Shown here: positions 12,122-23,134 of the stretch, in pieces
How the letters are laid out: every line of letters begins with the position of its first letter
Numbering within the stretch: position 1 is the first letter of the stretch
NCBI GenBank assembly: GCA_963748825.1
Contig: CAVVKN010000004.1
Location: 32,001-96,000, forward strand
From: Methanotrichaceae archaeon
GTDB taxonomy: Archaea > Halobacteriota > Methanosarcinia > Methanotrichales > Methanotrichaceae
Length of the DNA stretch: 64,000 nucleotides
Direction: 5' to 3'
Notes under the pieces: model-generated
The model's input: only the letters and a program-made list of their open reading frames with translations
Database searches by the model: none
What the model was told of the DNA's origin: nothing
Program-made: the position numbers and the translations under genes

Positions 12122-12191
12122 GATCGGCAAAAGTCGAAGTAACTCTTTTCTCTCCCTCTGATCCCTGAGACTTTTGCCTCCCTCCTATTTT
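12122..12191 (+). ncRNA. Candidate anti-SD hairpin sRNA, copy B
   Basis: BRE/TATA CGAAAA-CTATATAT at 12089-12102; perfect 10-bp stem GGCAAAAGTC (12126-35)/GACTTTTGCC (12169-78); CU-rich loop; tail TCCCTCCT-ATTTT. Confidence 0.7.
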
Positions 12192-12269
12192 CATCTAGCT
12201 TTTTCCTTCATATTCCCCAGCAAGGAACATTTTTATATGGTTTGCCAGCCTCCTCGTGCCTGAAGCATT

Positions 12270-13616
12270 ATGGTCCTGGAAAACTTAGGCGGATCGCTGC
12301 GCAGTGCTCTAAAGAAGATTGCGTCGGCGAATAAGATCGACAAGGCTTTAGTAGACGATGCCGTGCGGGAGATTCAGCGGGCACTTTTGCAGGCAGATGT
12401 GAATGTGAAGCTAGTGATGCAGCTCTCCAACACCATCAAAGAGAGGGCGCTCAATGAAAAGCCGGCAGCGGGCATGAACCCACGCGAGCATGTCATCAAC
12501 ATCGTCTATAAGGAGCTGATCAACCTGGTAGGCCGTGGCTCGGACATTCCCCTGAAAAAGCAGAACATCATGCTCGTGGGCCTGCAAGGATCAGGAAAGA
12601 CCACCACTGCGGCGAAGCTTGCCACCTTCTTTCAACGAAAGGGGCTGCGAACGGCAGTCATCTGCGCAGATACCTTTCGAGCCGGTGCCTATGACCAGCT
12701 AAAAGCGCTCTGTGAAAAGCAGGGCATCTTTTTTTACGGAGACAGGGGCAATCCCGATGCGGCTGCTGTGGCGAAAGCCGGCCTGGAGGCCGCTAAGAAG
12801 TACGACGTTCGGATCGTCGATACCGCAGGAAGGCATGCCCTGGAAGGCGATCTGATCCAGGAGATGAAGGACATACATGCCGTGGTCAATGCCGAGCAAA
12901 AATTGCTGGTGATGGACGCCGCATTGGGCCAGCAGGCTTCCGAACAGGCGCGCGCCTTCAACGAAGCGGTGCAGATCACGGGCGTCATCATCACCAAGCT
13001 GGACGGCACAGCCAAGGGCGGCGGAGCACTCTCGGCCGTGGCGGAGACCAAGACCTCCGTGGCCTTCATTGGCATGGGCGAGACGCCGGCCGACCTGGAG
13101 AAGTTCGAGGCGGACCGCTTCATCTCCCGCATGCTGGGCATGGGCGATATCAAGACGCTCATCGAGAGGGCCCAGGAGGTGCAGACCGACAGCCAGGTGG
13201 ACGTTGAATCGCTCATGCGGGGCAAGTTCACCCTGAAAGATATGTACCAGCAGATGGAGGCCATGAACAAGCTGGGACCCTTAAAGCAGATCATGCAGAT
13301 GCTGCCCATGGGTGGCCTGGGGCTGGATCTTTCCGACAAAGAGTACCAGATGACCAAAGATCGCCTGGACAAGTACCGGGTGGTCATGGACTCCATGACG
13401 GCGAAAGAGCTTGAGGACCCCAAGATAATAACCGCATCGCGTATCAAGCGCATTTCCCGGGGCAGCGGCGCAACTCCGGATGTGGTTCGCGAGCTTCTCA
13501 AATCCCATCAGGCCATGCAAAAGGCAATCAAAGGCATGAGAGGCGGGGCCGGCAAGATGAATATGAAGCGCCTCATGAAGAGATTTTCTCCGGGAACGAA
13601 GACCGGAGAAATGTAA
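12270..13616 (+). CDS. srp54: Signal recognition particle protein SRP54
   Basis: [27 protein letters not shown], Met-rich M domain, [11 protein letters not shown]. Confidence 0.97.
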   Translation: MVLENLGGSLRSALKKIASANKIDKALVDDAVREIQRALLQADVNVKLVMQLSNTIKERALNEKPAAGMNPREHVINIVYKELINLVGRGSDIPLKKQNIMLVGLQGSGKTTTAAKLATFFQRKGLRTAVICADTFRAGAYDQLKALCEKQGIFFYGDRGNPDAAAVAKAGLEAAKKYDVRIVDTAGRHALEGDLIQEMKDIHAVVNAEQKLLVMDAALGQQASEQARAFNEAVQITGVIITKLDGTAKGGGALSAVAETKTSVAFIGMGETPADLEKFEADRFISRMLGMGDIKTLIERAQEVQTDSQVDVESLMRGKFTLKDMYQQMEAMNKLGPLKQIMQMLPMGGLGLDLSDKEYQMTKDRLDKYRVVMDSMTAKELEDPKIITASRIKRISRGSGATPDVVRELLKSHQAMQKAIKGMRGGAGKMNMKRLMKRFSPGTKTGEM

Positions 13617-13628
13617 ATGAAAAGGCGC

Positions 13629-14120
13629 TCAGATCTCCCACTTACCTTCCGCAGTTCCGTTCAATCTTTCTCCATCTGGCATCGCCAAGCTGTAGTCTCC
13701 CAGAACAGTGCTGCCTTCCGTCGCCAGGCTAAATTTGTATACCTCTCCGCCAAAGGCAGTTACATCAAGAGACAGTTTGTTTGCTTGAAGCATTCCTACA
13801 GCCTCTACCGGCCCAGTAACATTTCCCCGGGTTACATTTCCCTGGCCAAAAATGCGTCCTTCTGTCTGAGTGAGAAGAAGATAAATGCGGCTATTATCCA
13901 ACAGATTCAGGCGGATCTGGCTCGTTGCCGCTTTTTTCACATCAGGAGCGGCCACAACGCTGGTTGGAGCATTCTCGCGGACGAACTCATCGTAGCTATC
14001 CATACTGATGTCCATGGCTGAGTCCCCCAGAAAGTTGTAGGAGGCTCCCCCACCCAATGAACAACACTTAGCCGCTGCCGGAGAGCCGACAGCAAGCACT
14101 ACTATCAGTAATGCAATCAT
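13629..14120 (-). CDS. Hypothetical secreted protein
   Basis: Signal peptide followed by a beta-rich domain. Confidence 0.7.
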   Translation of the reverse strand: MIALLIVVLAVGSPAAAKCCSLGGGASYNFLGDSAMDISMDSYDEFVRENAPTSVVAAPDVKKAATSQIRLNLLDNSRIYLLLTQTEGRIFGQGNVTRGNVTGPVEAVGMLQANKLSLDVTAFGGEVYKFSLATEGSTVLGDYSLAMPDGERLNGTAEGKWEI

Positions 14121-14640
14121 GCCTCTCGTCTTAGATCCCTCCTGTGTCCGTTTCCGCTCAAGGGCATTAATCTTGCCCCTGGAATTTGTGGCTCATGCAT
14201 AACTGCTCTGCGTGGCCCTTCCCACCCATGCCCCGCGCTCGCAATGAGATTGACACTTCTGCCAAGCGTTGTTGCAGGACTCTTCTTGGCCGCGAAAGTT
14301 ATTCGGCCAGTCACCGTTCCCGACTCGCGCGATCGCGTCGGGTAAATGGAATCAGATTATTCTGAAAGTGAGGCTCCCGATAAAGAGAGCTTGAGCCGGA
14401 CCTGGCTCTCAATCAATCAAGGAGATGAATATAGTTGGCCTGTCCCCGGCCACAGAACCGATCGCATTCACGGCCAGGCCGCTTTGCTCGGCGGACAACT
14501 GGCCCGTTCCCAAAACGAGGGTCGCCTTCCGGATATATCTGCAAGTCAAAATGCATGATCTGGGTCCCCTTCAGATCAAGAGCCCAGCTTCCCGTGAGGT
14601 CACCAAGAAACAACGAAAAATCCTGGATGCGCTTCATATG
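14117..14640 (-). pseudogene. Degraded paralog of the adjacent secreted protein
   Basis: Joining frames across two frameshifts and a TAA gives LVLGTGQL..VNAIGSVAGDRPTIFISLID/ESQVRLKLSLSGASLSE*...ESGTVTGRITF, which aligns with the C-terminal half of 13629-14120; ends in an ATGA overlap. Confidence 0.6.
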
Positions 14641-14645
14641 TGTGT

Positions 14646-14954
14646 TTAAACTTTGGGGATGTCAGGCTGAAGAGAATCCAATTTTTCATTCCTTGCTAAA
14701 ACGCCCTCTAGATTATCATTTATTGCAGAATTAATATTATTGAGACTCTGCAGCAGCTCATGGCCAGAAGACGTGGTCTTGTATAGCCGTTCTTCTTTTA
14801 CCAGATAACCGTGCGAAGTTAACCATTCGAGGTATAATCCTGCATTTTTAAAATTGAGGTTTACCTGGTAGACGATTTTGGTCTTGCTTGAGCCATCCGT
14901 TTTGCAGATATTGAGAATGCAGCCCAGTATCTCCAGCTTATTTCTTCGCGTCAT
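14646..14954 (-). CDS. Winged-helix DNA-binding protein (HTH_45/ArnR1-like)
   Basis: RRNKLEILGCIL...KTKIVYQVNLNF...YLEWL...YKTTSSG. Confidence 0.85.
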   Translation of the reverse strand: MTRRNKLEILGCILNICKTDGSSKTKIVYQVNLNFKNAGLYLEWLTSHGYLVKEERLYKTTSSGHELLQSLNNINSAINDNLEGVLARNEKLDSLQPDIPKV

Positions 14955-15324
14955 CTCATTTTCCCCTCTCTTTGTCGACCTCTGTTTACTATAGTACATT
15001 AGATACGGATAAAACTTTCGTAACTTTGATATTATGTATTCTTCGACAATTTAAGAAATATAATGCACAGAATACGCAATACTGCAAAAATAATTCCGAA
15101 AAAGTGTTTTTTAATCTTTGAAAATTTTAGTATATGGCCCACAGAGGAGGGACGTTTCCATCTTAAAGCAAAGGCTGCTGACCAGAAAAAAATAATAATG
15201 CTAACTGCTCAAAATCAATTTTGCGCAAAGTCCGACCTGGAAGGCGCGAAGAGATTTAGAGGCAAAATGAGACTTAACTTGTTTGCCCTCGCTCATACAA
15301 AGAGCAAAATCCAGCCGCAAAGAA

Positions 15325-15780
15325 TCATTCGCGAACAATCGATGCAATCGCCATATCCAGTTCTTCTGCATCCCGGCGCAGCGGTCCGTCTCCCCGGCTC
15401 TTGAGCTTTGCCAGATCCCGCCGCAAGGGTCCCAGGCGCAAAACCGCGTTTTGTCCTCCTGCCGAGGATGCTATCTGCCGCAGCCTCTCCAGCCTCTGCC
15501 TCATGGCATCCGGCCTCTGCAGCAGTTCCGACAGCTCTTGCAGAGCCTTGACGACGCTTTTGCCGCGCGCTGTTAGCTCCAGGTAATTGATCCTTCCCTC
15601 CGGCCGGGATTTAACCAGTCCCTGCGCTTCCAGCTCATTGAAGATGCTGCAGGTATGGGGAAAGGTAGAGTCTATGCGCTTGGCAACCTGCGCGGCGTAG
15701 GCGTGCTCCATCTCGCCCACTGCCAAAATAGCTAAAACGGGCTTTTCCCGGAGGAAAAGCCGCTCTAGTGGTTCACGCAT
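15325..15780 (-). CDS. MarR-like winged-helix transcriptional regulator
   Basis: LFLREKPV, YAAQVAKRIDSTFPH, EGRINYLELTARG. Confidence 0.8.
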   Translation of the reverse strand: MREPLERLFLREKPVLAILAVGEMEHAYAAQVAKRIDSTFPHTCSIFNELEAQGLVKSRPEGRINYLELTARGKSVVKALQELSELLQRPDAMRQRLERLRQIASSAGGQNAVLRLGPLRRDLAKLKSRGDGPLRRDAEELDMAIASIVRE

Positions 15781-15795
15781 GCATTCTCAGACATT

Positions 15796-16758
15796 TCAGG
15801 CTTGCACTGCAGCTTGTGTTTGGATCTGGGTGGGAGTGACGACCGGGGCGGAAAGCGCCTGCTCCGGCGGGGTTATGTCTGCCGGCTTGTCGAAGTCATA
15901 ATACAGATCAGTGGTCTCTATGCTGACAGAGATTTCTCCCAGCCGAATCGATTGATTGAACATCTTCATCTGGCTGGTATTGAGATCTAATGCACCTATG
16001 ATCTCCGGCGTCATGGAAAAGCTCATGAGGCTTTGGTATTTCACAGGCAAGTAGGACTTCTTGGAGATCCAGATCGTCTTTTCTATCTTGCCAGTCTCAT
16101 TCAGCTCGGTTCTGTTGACGGATGGCAAATACATGGGATACTGGGTCACCTTGGCAGCTATGGAAAAAGCGGCATTGTGGAGATTAATGTTATCCTCGCT
16201 CCCAGTTACTATCAACAATTTGTAGGCATCCTCTCCATTGATAGCCTCCGAGCCGAGATCCTCTGTTGTAGACAGATTAAACGTCTGTGCTATGGCCTTT
16301 ACCTGATTATTTTTGTCCTGGCCCCAAACCTCTTGCTTAGATCGCGGGTCCACAAGATGGGTCCAATTGCCACTCTCATCATTTACATAAGTTGAGTTTC
16401 CTATCTGATAAACATCGGCACTTGTGGTGCTGGTGTTCGCAGGCTGGTCCGGCATCTCCATCTGGTTCTTGGTCGAGCCGCTGGCATGGGCCTCTAAGCT
16501 CGACAGGTTTACAACGGCAACATTCTCAGCACTTTCCGTGACTGTGGTTAACTTCTCAGAAGCTGCATCGGCCCCAGAATTGAGCTTTAGCGTCTGAGTC
16601 ACTGAACTCTTGATGCTGTAGCTGGTCAGGTTTTCGGCTGCTGCAATGGACAGAGTCTTGAGCTCTCCTGCACTCTTATCCGCAACGCTTGGGCCTTTCT
16701 CCGTGCAGCCTGAGATGGCCACGGCAATCAATATAAGGACTAGTAATAATCTCTTCAT
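15796..16758 (-). CDS. Lipoprotein (LppX/DUF6612-like)
   Basis: Lipobox AISGC; TIWISKKSYLPVK; YYDFDKPADITPP. Confidence 0.7.
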   Translation of the reverse strand: MKRLLLVLILIAVAISGCTEKGPSVADKSAGELKTLSIAAAENLTSYSIKSSVTQTLKLNSGADAASEKLTTVTESAENVAVVNLSSLEAHASGSTKNQMEMPDQPANTSTTSADVYQIGNSTYVNDESGNWTHLVDPRSKQEVWGQDKNNQVKAIAQTFNLSTTEDLGSEAINGEDAYKLLIVTGSEDNINLHNAAFSIAAKVTQYPMYLPSVNRTELNETGKIEKTIWISKKSYLPVKYQSLMSFSMTPEIIGALDLNTSQMKMFNQSIRLGEISVSIETTDLYYDFDKPADITPPEQALSAPVVTPTQIQTQAAVQA

Positions 16759-16788
16759 ATTTTAAGCTCCAATCTTAGTCATTCAAGC

Positions 16789-17709
16789 CTAATTTTGCCC
16801 GGCGGGCAAAAACTTTTCGCCTGTTATCATCTCGAAGAGTTTGATGTAGATCCGGCTCGTCTCTTGCACCACAACAGGTGGCAGAGCTGGGATGGGCGGC
16901 TCATTTTGGCCGGCGTCTCGGGCTTTATACAGCTGGTCTTTGTAGCCCGTCTGGCGGTAGTACTGGCGCACATACTCCTTGGATAGGTCCACGAACTCAC
17001 CCTGCTCATAGCGGGCTTTGTCCCAGAAGCGGTCCTCGTCTGCGGTTCCGTAGACATCGATCACCATGACCTGTCTATCTTCGTCAAAAGCCAGCTCTTT
17101 TTTGCCGTCCACGTGAATCAGGCCTCGCGAGGCTACGCTCTTGCCGATGTCCTCATCGATCTTGAGCACAACCTCCCGGGCATCCTCATATTCCTGAGAG
17201 GAAAGACCGGAGATCCGAAGCGCTTCTGCCTTTTCCAGCAACCTATCGGTCTTCTCAAGCTTGGTGGAGACCTCCAGGAAGGGCTCGGGAAGAATCTCAC
17301 CATAAACGACCTTGTGACCGGAAGGAAAGCCCAGGGACTGTGCCGAGACTCTTCCCTCTTCTACACGATCGTAAAGGGACCCTGCCACATACCAGCGGCA
17401 GATCCACTCCAGAGGAATGAGGTAGTTCTTGGACTGGCTGGTGATCTGCTGCGGCTGGAGTATGTCCACCTTTTTGCAGAGCATACCGGCAGGGGCCTGG
17501 TACTCCAAAAAGTGGGTCTTGATGCCCATTCTGGCAGCTCTCTCAAACCAATAAACACCCTCCCTGCTGAGGGTTTCACCCTTAAAGGGAATCAGGCTGG
17601 GAATGACCTTGTCGAAGACGGAGATGTTGTCTGTAAAGAGAAACTCAAGTCGGTCCCCGAGGTCGTAGGCCTCTTTGACCTTGCCCTTTATCAAAAGCTT
17701 GCGCTGCAT
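16789..17709 (-). CDS. purC: Phosphoribosylaminoimidazole-succinocarboxamide (SAICAR) synthase
   Basis: KGKVKEAY, TDNISVFD, IPLEWICR, VDGKKE, GTADEDRFW, SKEYVRQ. Confidence 0.93.
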   Translation of the reverse strand: MQRKLLIKGKVKEAYDLGDRLEFLFTDNISVFDKVIPSLIPFKGETLSREGVYWFERAARMGIKTHFLEYQAPAGMLCKKVDILQPQQITSQSKNYLIPLEWICRWYVAGSLYDRVEEGRVSAQSLGFPSGHKVVYGEILPEPFLEVSTKLEKTDRLLEKAEALRISGLSSQEYEDAREVVLKIDEDIGKSVASRGLIHVDGKKELAFDEDRQVMVIDVYGTADEDRFWDKARYEQGEFVDLSKEYVRQYYRQTGYKDQLYKARDAGQNEPPIPALPPVVVQETSRIYIKLFEMITGEKFLPAGQN

Positions 17710-17778
17710 CGGAGCATATCTGACCGGGAAAGATGATAACACTTTTGGTTTTGAAGCAAAAAAGAGGATAAGAGAGGC

Positions 17779-19431
17779 TTATTCCTCCCCCATGCCGCCC
17801 ATACCGCCCATGCCACCGGGCATGCCACCCATGCCGCCAGGCATGCCGCCCTGTCCACCGGACTTGGAGGCGATGACATCGTCGATCCTGAGAATCATGA
17901 CTGCGGCCTCTGTAGCACTGTTGATGGCCTGGGTCTTGACCCGCAGGGGTTCGACTACGCCTAGCTTTAGCATGTCCACCGGCTCGCCTGTGTCCATGTC
18001 CAGGCCGGCGCTCTTATTGCCTTTCTCATGCTGGCTTCTCAGAGACACCAGGGAATCGATCTGATCCAGACCGGCGTTCTCGGCCAGGGTCTTGGGAATG
18101 ACTTCCATGGAGTCTGCAAAGGCCTCAATGGCCAGCTGCTCGCGGCCGCCCACTGTTGCGGCATACTCGCGCAGACGCAGAGCCAACTCGACCTCAGGGG
18201 CACCGCCACCGGGCACAATCTGTTTGTCTTCTACGACTACGCCCACAACGCGCAGCGCATCTTCCATGGCCCGGCTCAGCTCATCGACTACGTGCTCGGT
18301 TCCGCCACGCAGGATGATGGAAACTGACTTGGGGTTCTCGCACTCTACCACGAAGGTCATCTTCTCGTCGCCGATCTTCCTCTCCTCGACCAGGCCTGCT
18401 TTGCCCAGGTCGTTCTTGGTCAGATCGTGGATGCTGGTGACAACTCTTCCGCCTGTAGCACGGCCCAGCTTCTCCATGTCGCTCTTCTTGACACGGCGCA
18501 CGGTGTAGATGCCGGCCTTGGCCAGGAAGTGCTGGGCCAGGTCATCGATGCCTTTCTGGCAGAAGACGACGTTGGCGCCGGTGGCCATGATGTCATCCAC
18601 CATGCCCTTGAGCATGGTCTCTTCCTGGTCCAGGAAGGCCTGCAGTTGGTCGGGTGAGGTGATCTCGATCTTGGCATCGACCTCAGTCTTCTCAATCTCG
18701 ATGGCGGCATTGAGCAGAGCAATCTTTGCGCCTGTAACCTTCTTGGGCATATTGGGATGCAGCCGGTCCTTGTCGATGACCATGCCGTGTACCAGCTCGG
18801 AATCGGTAATTCCGCCGCCCACCTTCTTCTCCACGGTGATGTTGTCGGTGTCGACAGACCCGTCCTCATCCACTACGGCCTTGACAGCCTCAACGGCCAG
18901 GTTGGCCAGCTCGTCTCTAGCTGTGCCAGATCCCTTGCCGGTCATGGCGGTGACGGCGATCTTCTTTAAAAACTCAGTATCTTTAACAGAGACATCAACG
19001 GCAATGGCCTTGAGAATCTCCAGGGACTTGTCTGCCGCAGCCCTGTAGCCGGCAGCGATAACCGTGGGATGAATCTCCTGATCCAGCAGAGCCTCGGCCT
19101 GCTTGAGAAGTTCCCCAGCAAGCACAACGGCGGTAGTGGTTCCGTCTCCAACCTCGGCATCCTGGGTCTTGGCGATCTCCACCATCATCTTGGCGGCGGG
19201 GTGCTCGATGTCCATCTCCTTGAGAATAGTAACACCATCGTTGGTTATTACTACGTCTCCCATGGTGTCGACCATCATCTTGTCCATGCCCTTGGGGCCG
19301 AGTGTGGTTCTGACGGCTCCTGCCACGGCCTTGGCGGCCATGATGTTCGACCTCTGTGCTTCCCGGCCAGCCGTTCTTTGGCTGCCTTCCTTGAGAATAA
19401 GTACTTGCGCTCCACCAAATTGTCCTGCCAT
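17779..19431 (-). CDS. ths: Thermosome (group II chaperonin) subunit
   Basis: [33 protein letters not shown]-repeat tail. Confidence 0.97.
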   Translation of the reverse strand: MAGQFGGAQVLILKEGSQRTAGREAQRSNIMAAKAVAGAVRTTLGPKGMDKMMVDTMGDVVITNDGVTILKEMDIEHPAAKMMVEIAKTQDAEVGDGTTTAVVLAGELLKQAEALLDQEIHPTVIAAGYRAAADKSLEILKAIAVDVSVKDTEFLKKIAVTAMTGKGSGTARDELANLAVEAVKAVVDEDGSVDTDNITVEKKVGGGITDSELVHGMVIDKDRLHPNMPKKVTGAKIALLNAAIEIEKTEVDAKIEITSPDQLQAFLDQEETMLKGMVDDIMATGANVVFCQKGIDDLAQHFLAKAGIYTVRRVKKSDMEKLGRATGGRVVTSIHDLTKNDLGKAGLVEERKIGDEKMTFVVECENPKSVSIILRGGTEHVVDELSRAMEDALRVVGVVVEDKQIVPGGGAPEVELALRLREYAATVGGREQLAIEAFADSMEVIPKTLAENAGLDQIDSLVSLRSQHEKGNKSAGLDMDTGEPVDMLKLGVVEPLRVKTQAINSATEAAVMILRIDDVIASKSGGQGGMPGGMGGMPGGMGGMGGMGEE

Positions 19432-19707
19432 TTAATACCTCCAAAGCGATTTAGATCGAATTAAGTCATCGGATGTTTGAACGTCTATATGAAGGTTACG
19501 AGAAGGGGTTCTGTTGAATCTTGTGGTGGCGGCCAGGCATAACCAATATCAATCAACTGCGCTTAATTCCATAACACCATGGGATGCAACAGAACTCCAC
19601 AAGATGAGCAAGAGAATGCCTTTTTTTAAAAGAGCGACTTAGGGATTATTAGATGCCGATCGAATCTGCCGAAATAACTTAGAGCTTCAATTCAACCCAG
19701 ACCAAGG

Positions 19708-20796
19708 TCACGAGGCGCAGATGCCATTGGCCGCCTTCTCCTGTCGGATCATGTAATAGAGCACGAAAAGAACGCAGATGTTGCCCGCCAATCCCAGGAT
19801 AGCGAGAAACTGAATCCTGTAAAAGAGGAATACCTGCACCAGAAAGATCTGCACCAGGACGGCGTCCTTGAAGAGCAAGTAGGACTGCAACCTACTGCTT
19901 TTTATCTTTATGGCGGCGGCGACCACCAGGGCTGCTGCCAGTGTGGCCGAGAGAAGGCCGCCCAGATCGAAGAGAGAGAGTGAGGGGAAGATGGTATGCA
20001 GATCCACCATCCATTCCAGCTTAACATAGAGCAAAAAGAAGTCCAGACCCAGGGCGAAGAGCGATTGCAGGATGAAGAAAACAATCACTGCCTTCACAAA
20101 CCAGGTTTTTTGCACCAGCTTCCGGTAAATCCTTCTGACGCGATACTTGGCTGCCGTGTAGATGTCGGGCCCTGGGACGGGCACCGACTGCGTAGCGTAA
20201 AGCAGCTCTCGGAGGGCTTTTGTCACCGGATAGGAGGGAGAGCATTCTTTGAGCAGGTCCAGCGCCCGTCTTCTCTCCCGGTGATCCAGGTCTTCCAGGA
20301 CCACCTCTTTGGCGATCTCCAGAACATTGATCAGCTTCTCCTGCTCGCTGAGACTGGGCTTATTGAAAAAGTTCTCTATGACCAGGTAAAGCAGAATGAA
20401 TACTACATAAATTAGGGAAACGGTGGGCTGGTAGAAGTAGTCGTTGTCGCCTGTGATGAACTTACCCAGCTCGTCTATGAAAGCTCCAAATCCAAAGCCA
20501 CCCAAGACGGCCACCAGATAATAGGCAGATTTGTTGATGTAAGCGAGAGCAATGACCAGGGCGATCATCATGAACACCCCACCCAAAAGGACATGGGCGA
20601 TGTGCAAATTGCCAGGGTGGAGGCTAGGATAGCCGGTTAAGGCCAAAAAGAAGCGGATGCCTAAAACGGAAAAGACGGCTATTACAAAGAAAAGCTCCAG
20701 CAGGCTCGTGGCTTCCAGGTTGCGCATTAAGTGGCGGTTGAGTAGCTTCATCCGAGATCTCCCAATCCCGTCCAGGTTGCAGATGCAATCGGCCAA
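19708..20796 (-). CDS. Conserved integral membrane protein
   Basis: HIAHVLLGG and GAFIDELGKFIT..NDYF motifs; about 8 TM segments; start may be further downstream. Confidence 0.7.
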   Translation of the reverse strand: MADCICNLDGIGRSRMKLLNRHLMRNLEATSLLELFFVIAVFSVLGIRFFLALTGYPSLHPGNLHIAHVLLGGVFMMIALVIALAYINKSAYYLVAVLGGFGFGAFIDELGKFITGDNDYFYQPTVSLIYVVFILLYLVIENFFNKPSLSEQEKLINVLEIAKEVVLEDLDHRERRRALDLLKECSPSYPVTKALRELLYATQSVPVPGPDIYTAAKYRVRRIYRKLVQKTWFVKAVIVFFILQSLFALGLDFFLLYVKLEWMVDLHTIFPSLSLFDLGGLLSATLAAALVVAAAIKIKSSRLQSYLLFKDAVLVQIFLVQVFLFYRIQFLAILGLAGNICVLFVLYYMIRQEKAANGICAS

Positions 20797-20879
20797 GCCG
20801 CTTGAGCATCTAAACGTATTGCTACCTGCGAGTCGGATCTGTCCAACAGTTATGACCTGGAGATTATAAAAAATATCTT

Positions 20880-22640
20880 CTAAGCTTCCTCTACAGGATA
20901 GTAGTACTCGCCCTGCTCCTTTTGCGTTCTGTCCAGCCTTGACTCCGGCTTGTTGACCCGAGGACGACGGGTCTCCTCATCGCGCCGGAAGGTGATGTTG
21001 ATAGCTTTGAGAAAGGCGTTCATGCCCTCGCGCATCTCCAGAGGAGTATGAGCAATGCCCAATGTGCCGGGCGTGCCCTCAAAGACCATCAGCCTCTCTG
21101 CGAGCAGATCGATGAGATAGATGTCATGGTCCACAACCAGCACCGTCTTCTCCGAGGACTCGGCAAAGCGCCTCATGACCTTGGCCGCCAGCATCCTCTG
21201 CTCGACATCCAGATGGGCAGAGGGCTCATCCAGAAGATAGAGGTCCGCCTCGCGACTGAGGCAGGCGGTAATGGCCACGCGTTGCAGCTCCCCACCGGAT
21301 AGCTCTGTCAAGGCCTGATCCATTAACGGCCCCAGGCCCATGGGCTTTAAAATCTCTGTCTGATAGAAGCTAGTGTCAAAGTCATGAGTCACGCTACGCA
21401 GAAGGCCCTGCACAGTTACATCGGATTCGGCTTTCAGGTACTGGGGCTTGTAGGATACTTTGAGCCGGCTGTCGAAGCTTCCAGCGGTCGGCTTTTCCAC
21501 GCCCGCCAGGACCTTGATGTAGGTACTCTTGCCGATGCCGTTCGGACCCAGGATGCCTACCACTTCACCGCGACGAATGATGCCTGGCTCCGCCACCAAT
21601 CGGAAGGAGGAATACTGCACGTCAAAGGCCCCGTAGGCGATGAGCGAGGGAATCTCCTTGTCGATCCGAGGAGCATGCACATCAAAACGGATGGATGTAT
21701 CCCTGAAGCGCACATTCTCCTCCGGAAGATTGCCACGCAGGTATTGGTTGATGCCCACCCTCACCCCTTTGGGCCGAGTTATGACGCCATAGGCTCCAGG
21801 CAAGCCGTAAATGAGATGAACGTTTTCTGCCAGAAGGTCAAGCAGGGCCAGGTCATGTTCCACCACCATGACCGCCTTATCCTTGGCCAGGTTCTGCAAG
21901 ATGCGAGCCACGTTGATGCGCTGGTAAATATCCAGAAAGGGGCTGATCTCATCGAAGAAATAGAAATTCGCGTCGCGCGCGACCGTTGCCGCGATGGCCA
22001 CTCTCTGCAGCTCTCCACCGGAGAGACTTGATATCTCCCGGTCCATGAACTTGCCTATGGAGAGCTTCTCCACCAGATCGGCGAGAACACCACGTTCGTC
22101 CGTTTTTTCCAAGAGACCGCTAACAGGCCCTGAATAACTATTGGGGATGCGATCCACATACTGAGGCTTGTAGGATGTCTTGACGCCCTTCTCAGCTACC
22201 CTTTTCAGGTAATCTCCCAGGGCGCTGCCGGCAAACCTCTGAAAAACATCTTCCCAGGAGGCATTCTTTCCTAAATTAGGTCGTAGGATGCCAGAGAGTA
22301 TGGATACGGCTGTACTCTTTCCTATGCCGTTGGGGCCCAACAGGCCGGTGACCCGGCCTTCAACCGGCACTGGCAGGCCATAAAGCGCAAAGCCGTTCTG
22401 ACCGTATCTGTGCACCGGGTCCTCCATCTCTTCCGGCAGGTTGGTGATGGTAATAGCCCCAAAGGGGCATTTGCGCACACAAATACCGCAGCCCACGCAG
22501 AGGTTCTCGGTGATGAGGGGCTTGCTGTCCACAAAGACTATGGTCTCGTCGCCCGTGCGCACAGGCGGGCAGAAGTACTCGCATTCCTTGGAACACTTGC
22601 GGGGCTGGCAGCGATCGCGGTTGATGATGGCTATTCTCAT
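20880..22640 (-). CDS. rli: Ribosome recycling ATPase ABCE1/RLI
   Basis: N-terminal 2x[4Fe-4S] Cys cluster; two ABC domains (GPNGIGKS, LSGGELQR). Confidence 0.96.
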   Translation of the reverse strand: MRIAIINRDRCQPRKCSKECEYFCPPVRTGDETIVFVDSKPLITENLCVGCGICVRKCPFGAITITNLPEEMEDPVHRYGQNGFALYGLPVPVEGRVTGLLGPNGIGKSTAVSILSGILRPNLGKNASWEDVFQRFAGSALGDYLKRVAEKGVKTSYKPQYVDRIPNSYSGPVSGLLEKTDERGVLADLVEKLSIGKFMDREISSLSGGELQRVAIAATVARDANFYFFDEISPFLDIYQRINVARILQNLAKDKAVMVVEHDLALLDLLAENVHLIYGLPGAYGVITRPKGVRVGINQYLRGNLPEENVRFRDTSIRFDVHAPRIDKEIPSLIAYGAFDVQYSSFRLVAEPGIIRRGEVVGILGPNGIGKSTYIKVLAGVEKPTAGSFDSRLKVSYKPQYLKAESDVTVQGLLRSVTHDFDTSFYQTEILKPMGLGPLMDQALTELSGGELQRVAITACLSREADLYLLDEPSAHLDVEQRMLAAKVMRRFAESSEKTVLVVDHDIYLIDLLAERLMVFEGTPGTLGIAHTPLEMREGMNAFLKAINITFRRDEETRRPRVNKPESRLDRTQKEQGEYYYPVEEA

Positions 22641-22649
22641 AGGTATACC

Positions 22650-23069
22650 TCAGTTGAGAAGAAGCGTCCAGGTAACCAGCCAGAAGTCGACTACCATGAA
22701 CTCCACATAGAACCAATCTTTGGTCTTAAAGCTTGCTGCATCTATATTCAGGAATGTATAGGTATACTTTTGAATGATGTAGGTAAGCAGTATTACAGAC
22801 AGCATCACGAAATGCCAGGGATAAGGAGCGATTGCCTCGCCGGCATAATAACAGGCAAAGCCAGCCACGGTTCCCAGGATGGAAGGATACACGGTCTTGA
22901 TTATTCCATCAATGCGATCCTTTCTGCGTTCGGCTGCGCTCTTGGGCAAGACTCTTGGCGGTAGCTTGGCTACCTTTTCGCCCGGTTTTTCCTGGGTAGT
23001 CGCGAGCCTTTGGTTTTCCTTATTGCCAGCCTTTTTTTCTTTCTTGGCCATCCAACTCTTGGATTTCAT
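22650..23069 (-). CDS. Archaeal EMC6-like membrane protein
   Basis: Three TM segments; C-terminal KDWFYVEFM..FWLVTWTLLLN; directly upstream of ABCE1. Confidence 0.7.
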   Translation of the reverse strand: MKSKSWMAKKEKKAGNKENQRLATTQEKPGEKVAKLPPRVLPKSAAERRKDRIDGIIKTVYPSILGTVAGFACYYAGEAIAPYPWHFVMLSVILLTYIIQKYTYTFLNIDAASFKTKDWFYVEFMVVDFWLVTWTLLLN

Positions 23070-23134
23070 TATATGATAATAGCGTTTTGGTCCGGGAAAA
23101 GTCCAAGTACTATAACTTTCAAGAGCCTCTGCAT

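Noticed and set aside
17779-17860. GGCATG-type repeats at the thermosome 3' end
   Set aside because: They encode the ordinary GGM tail of chaperonins
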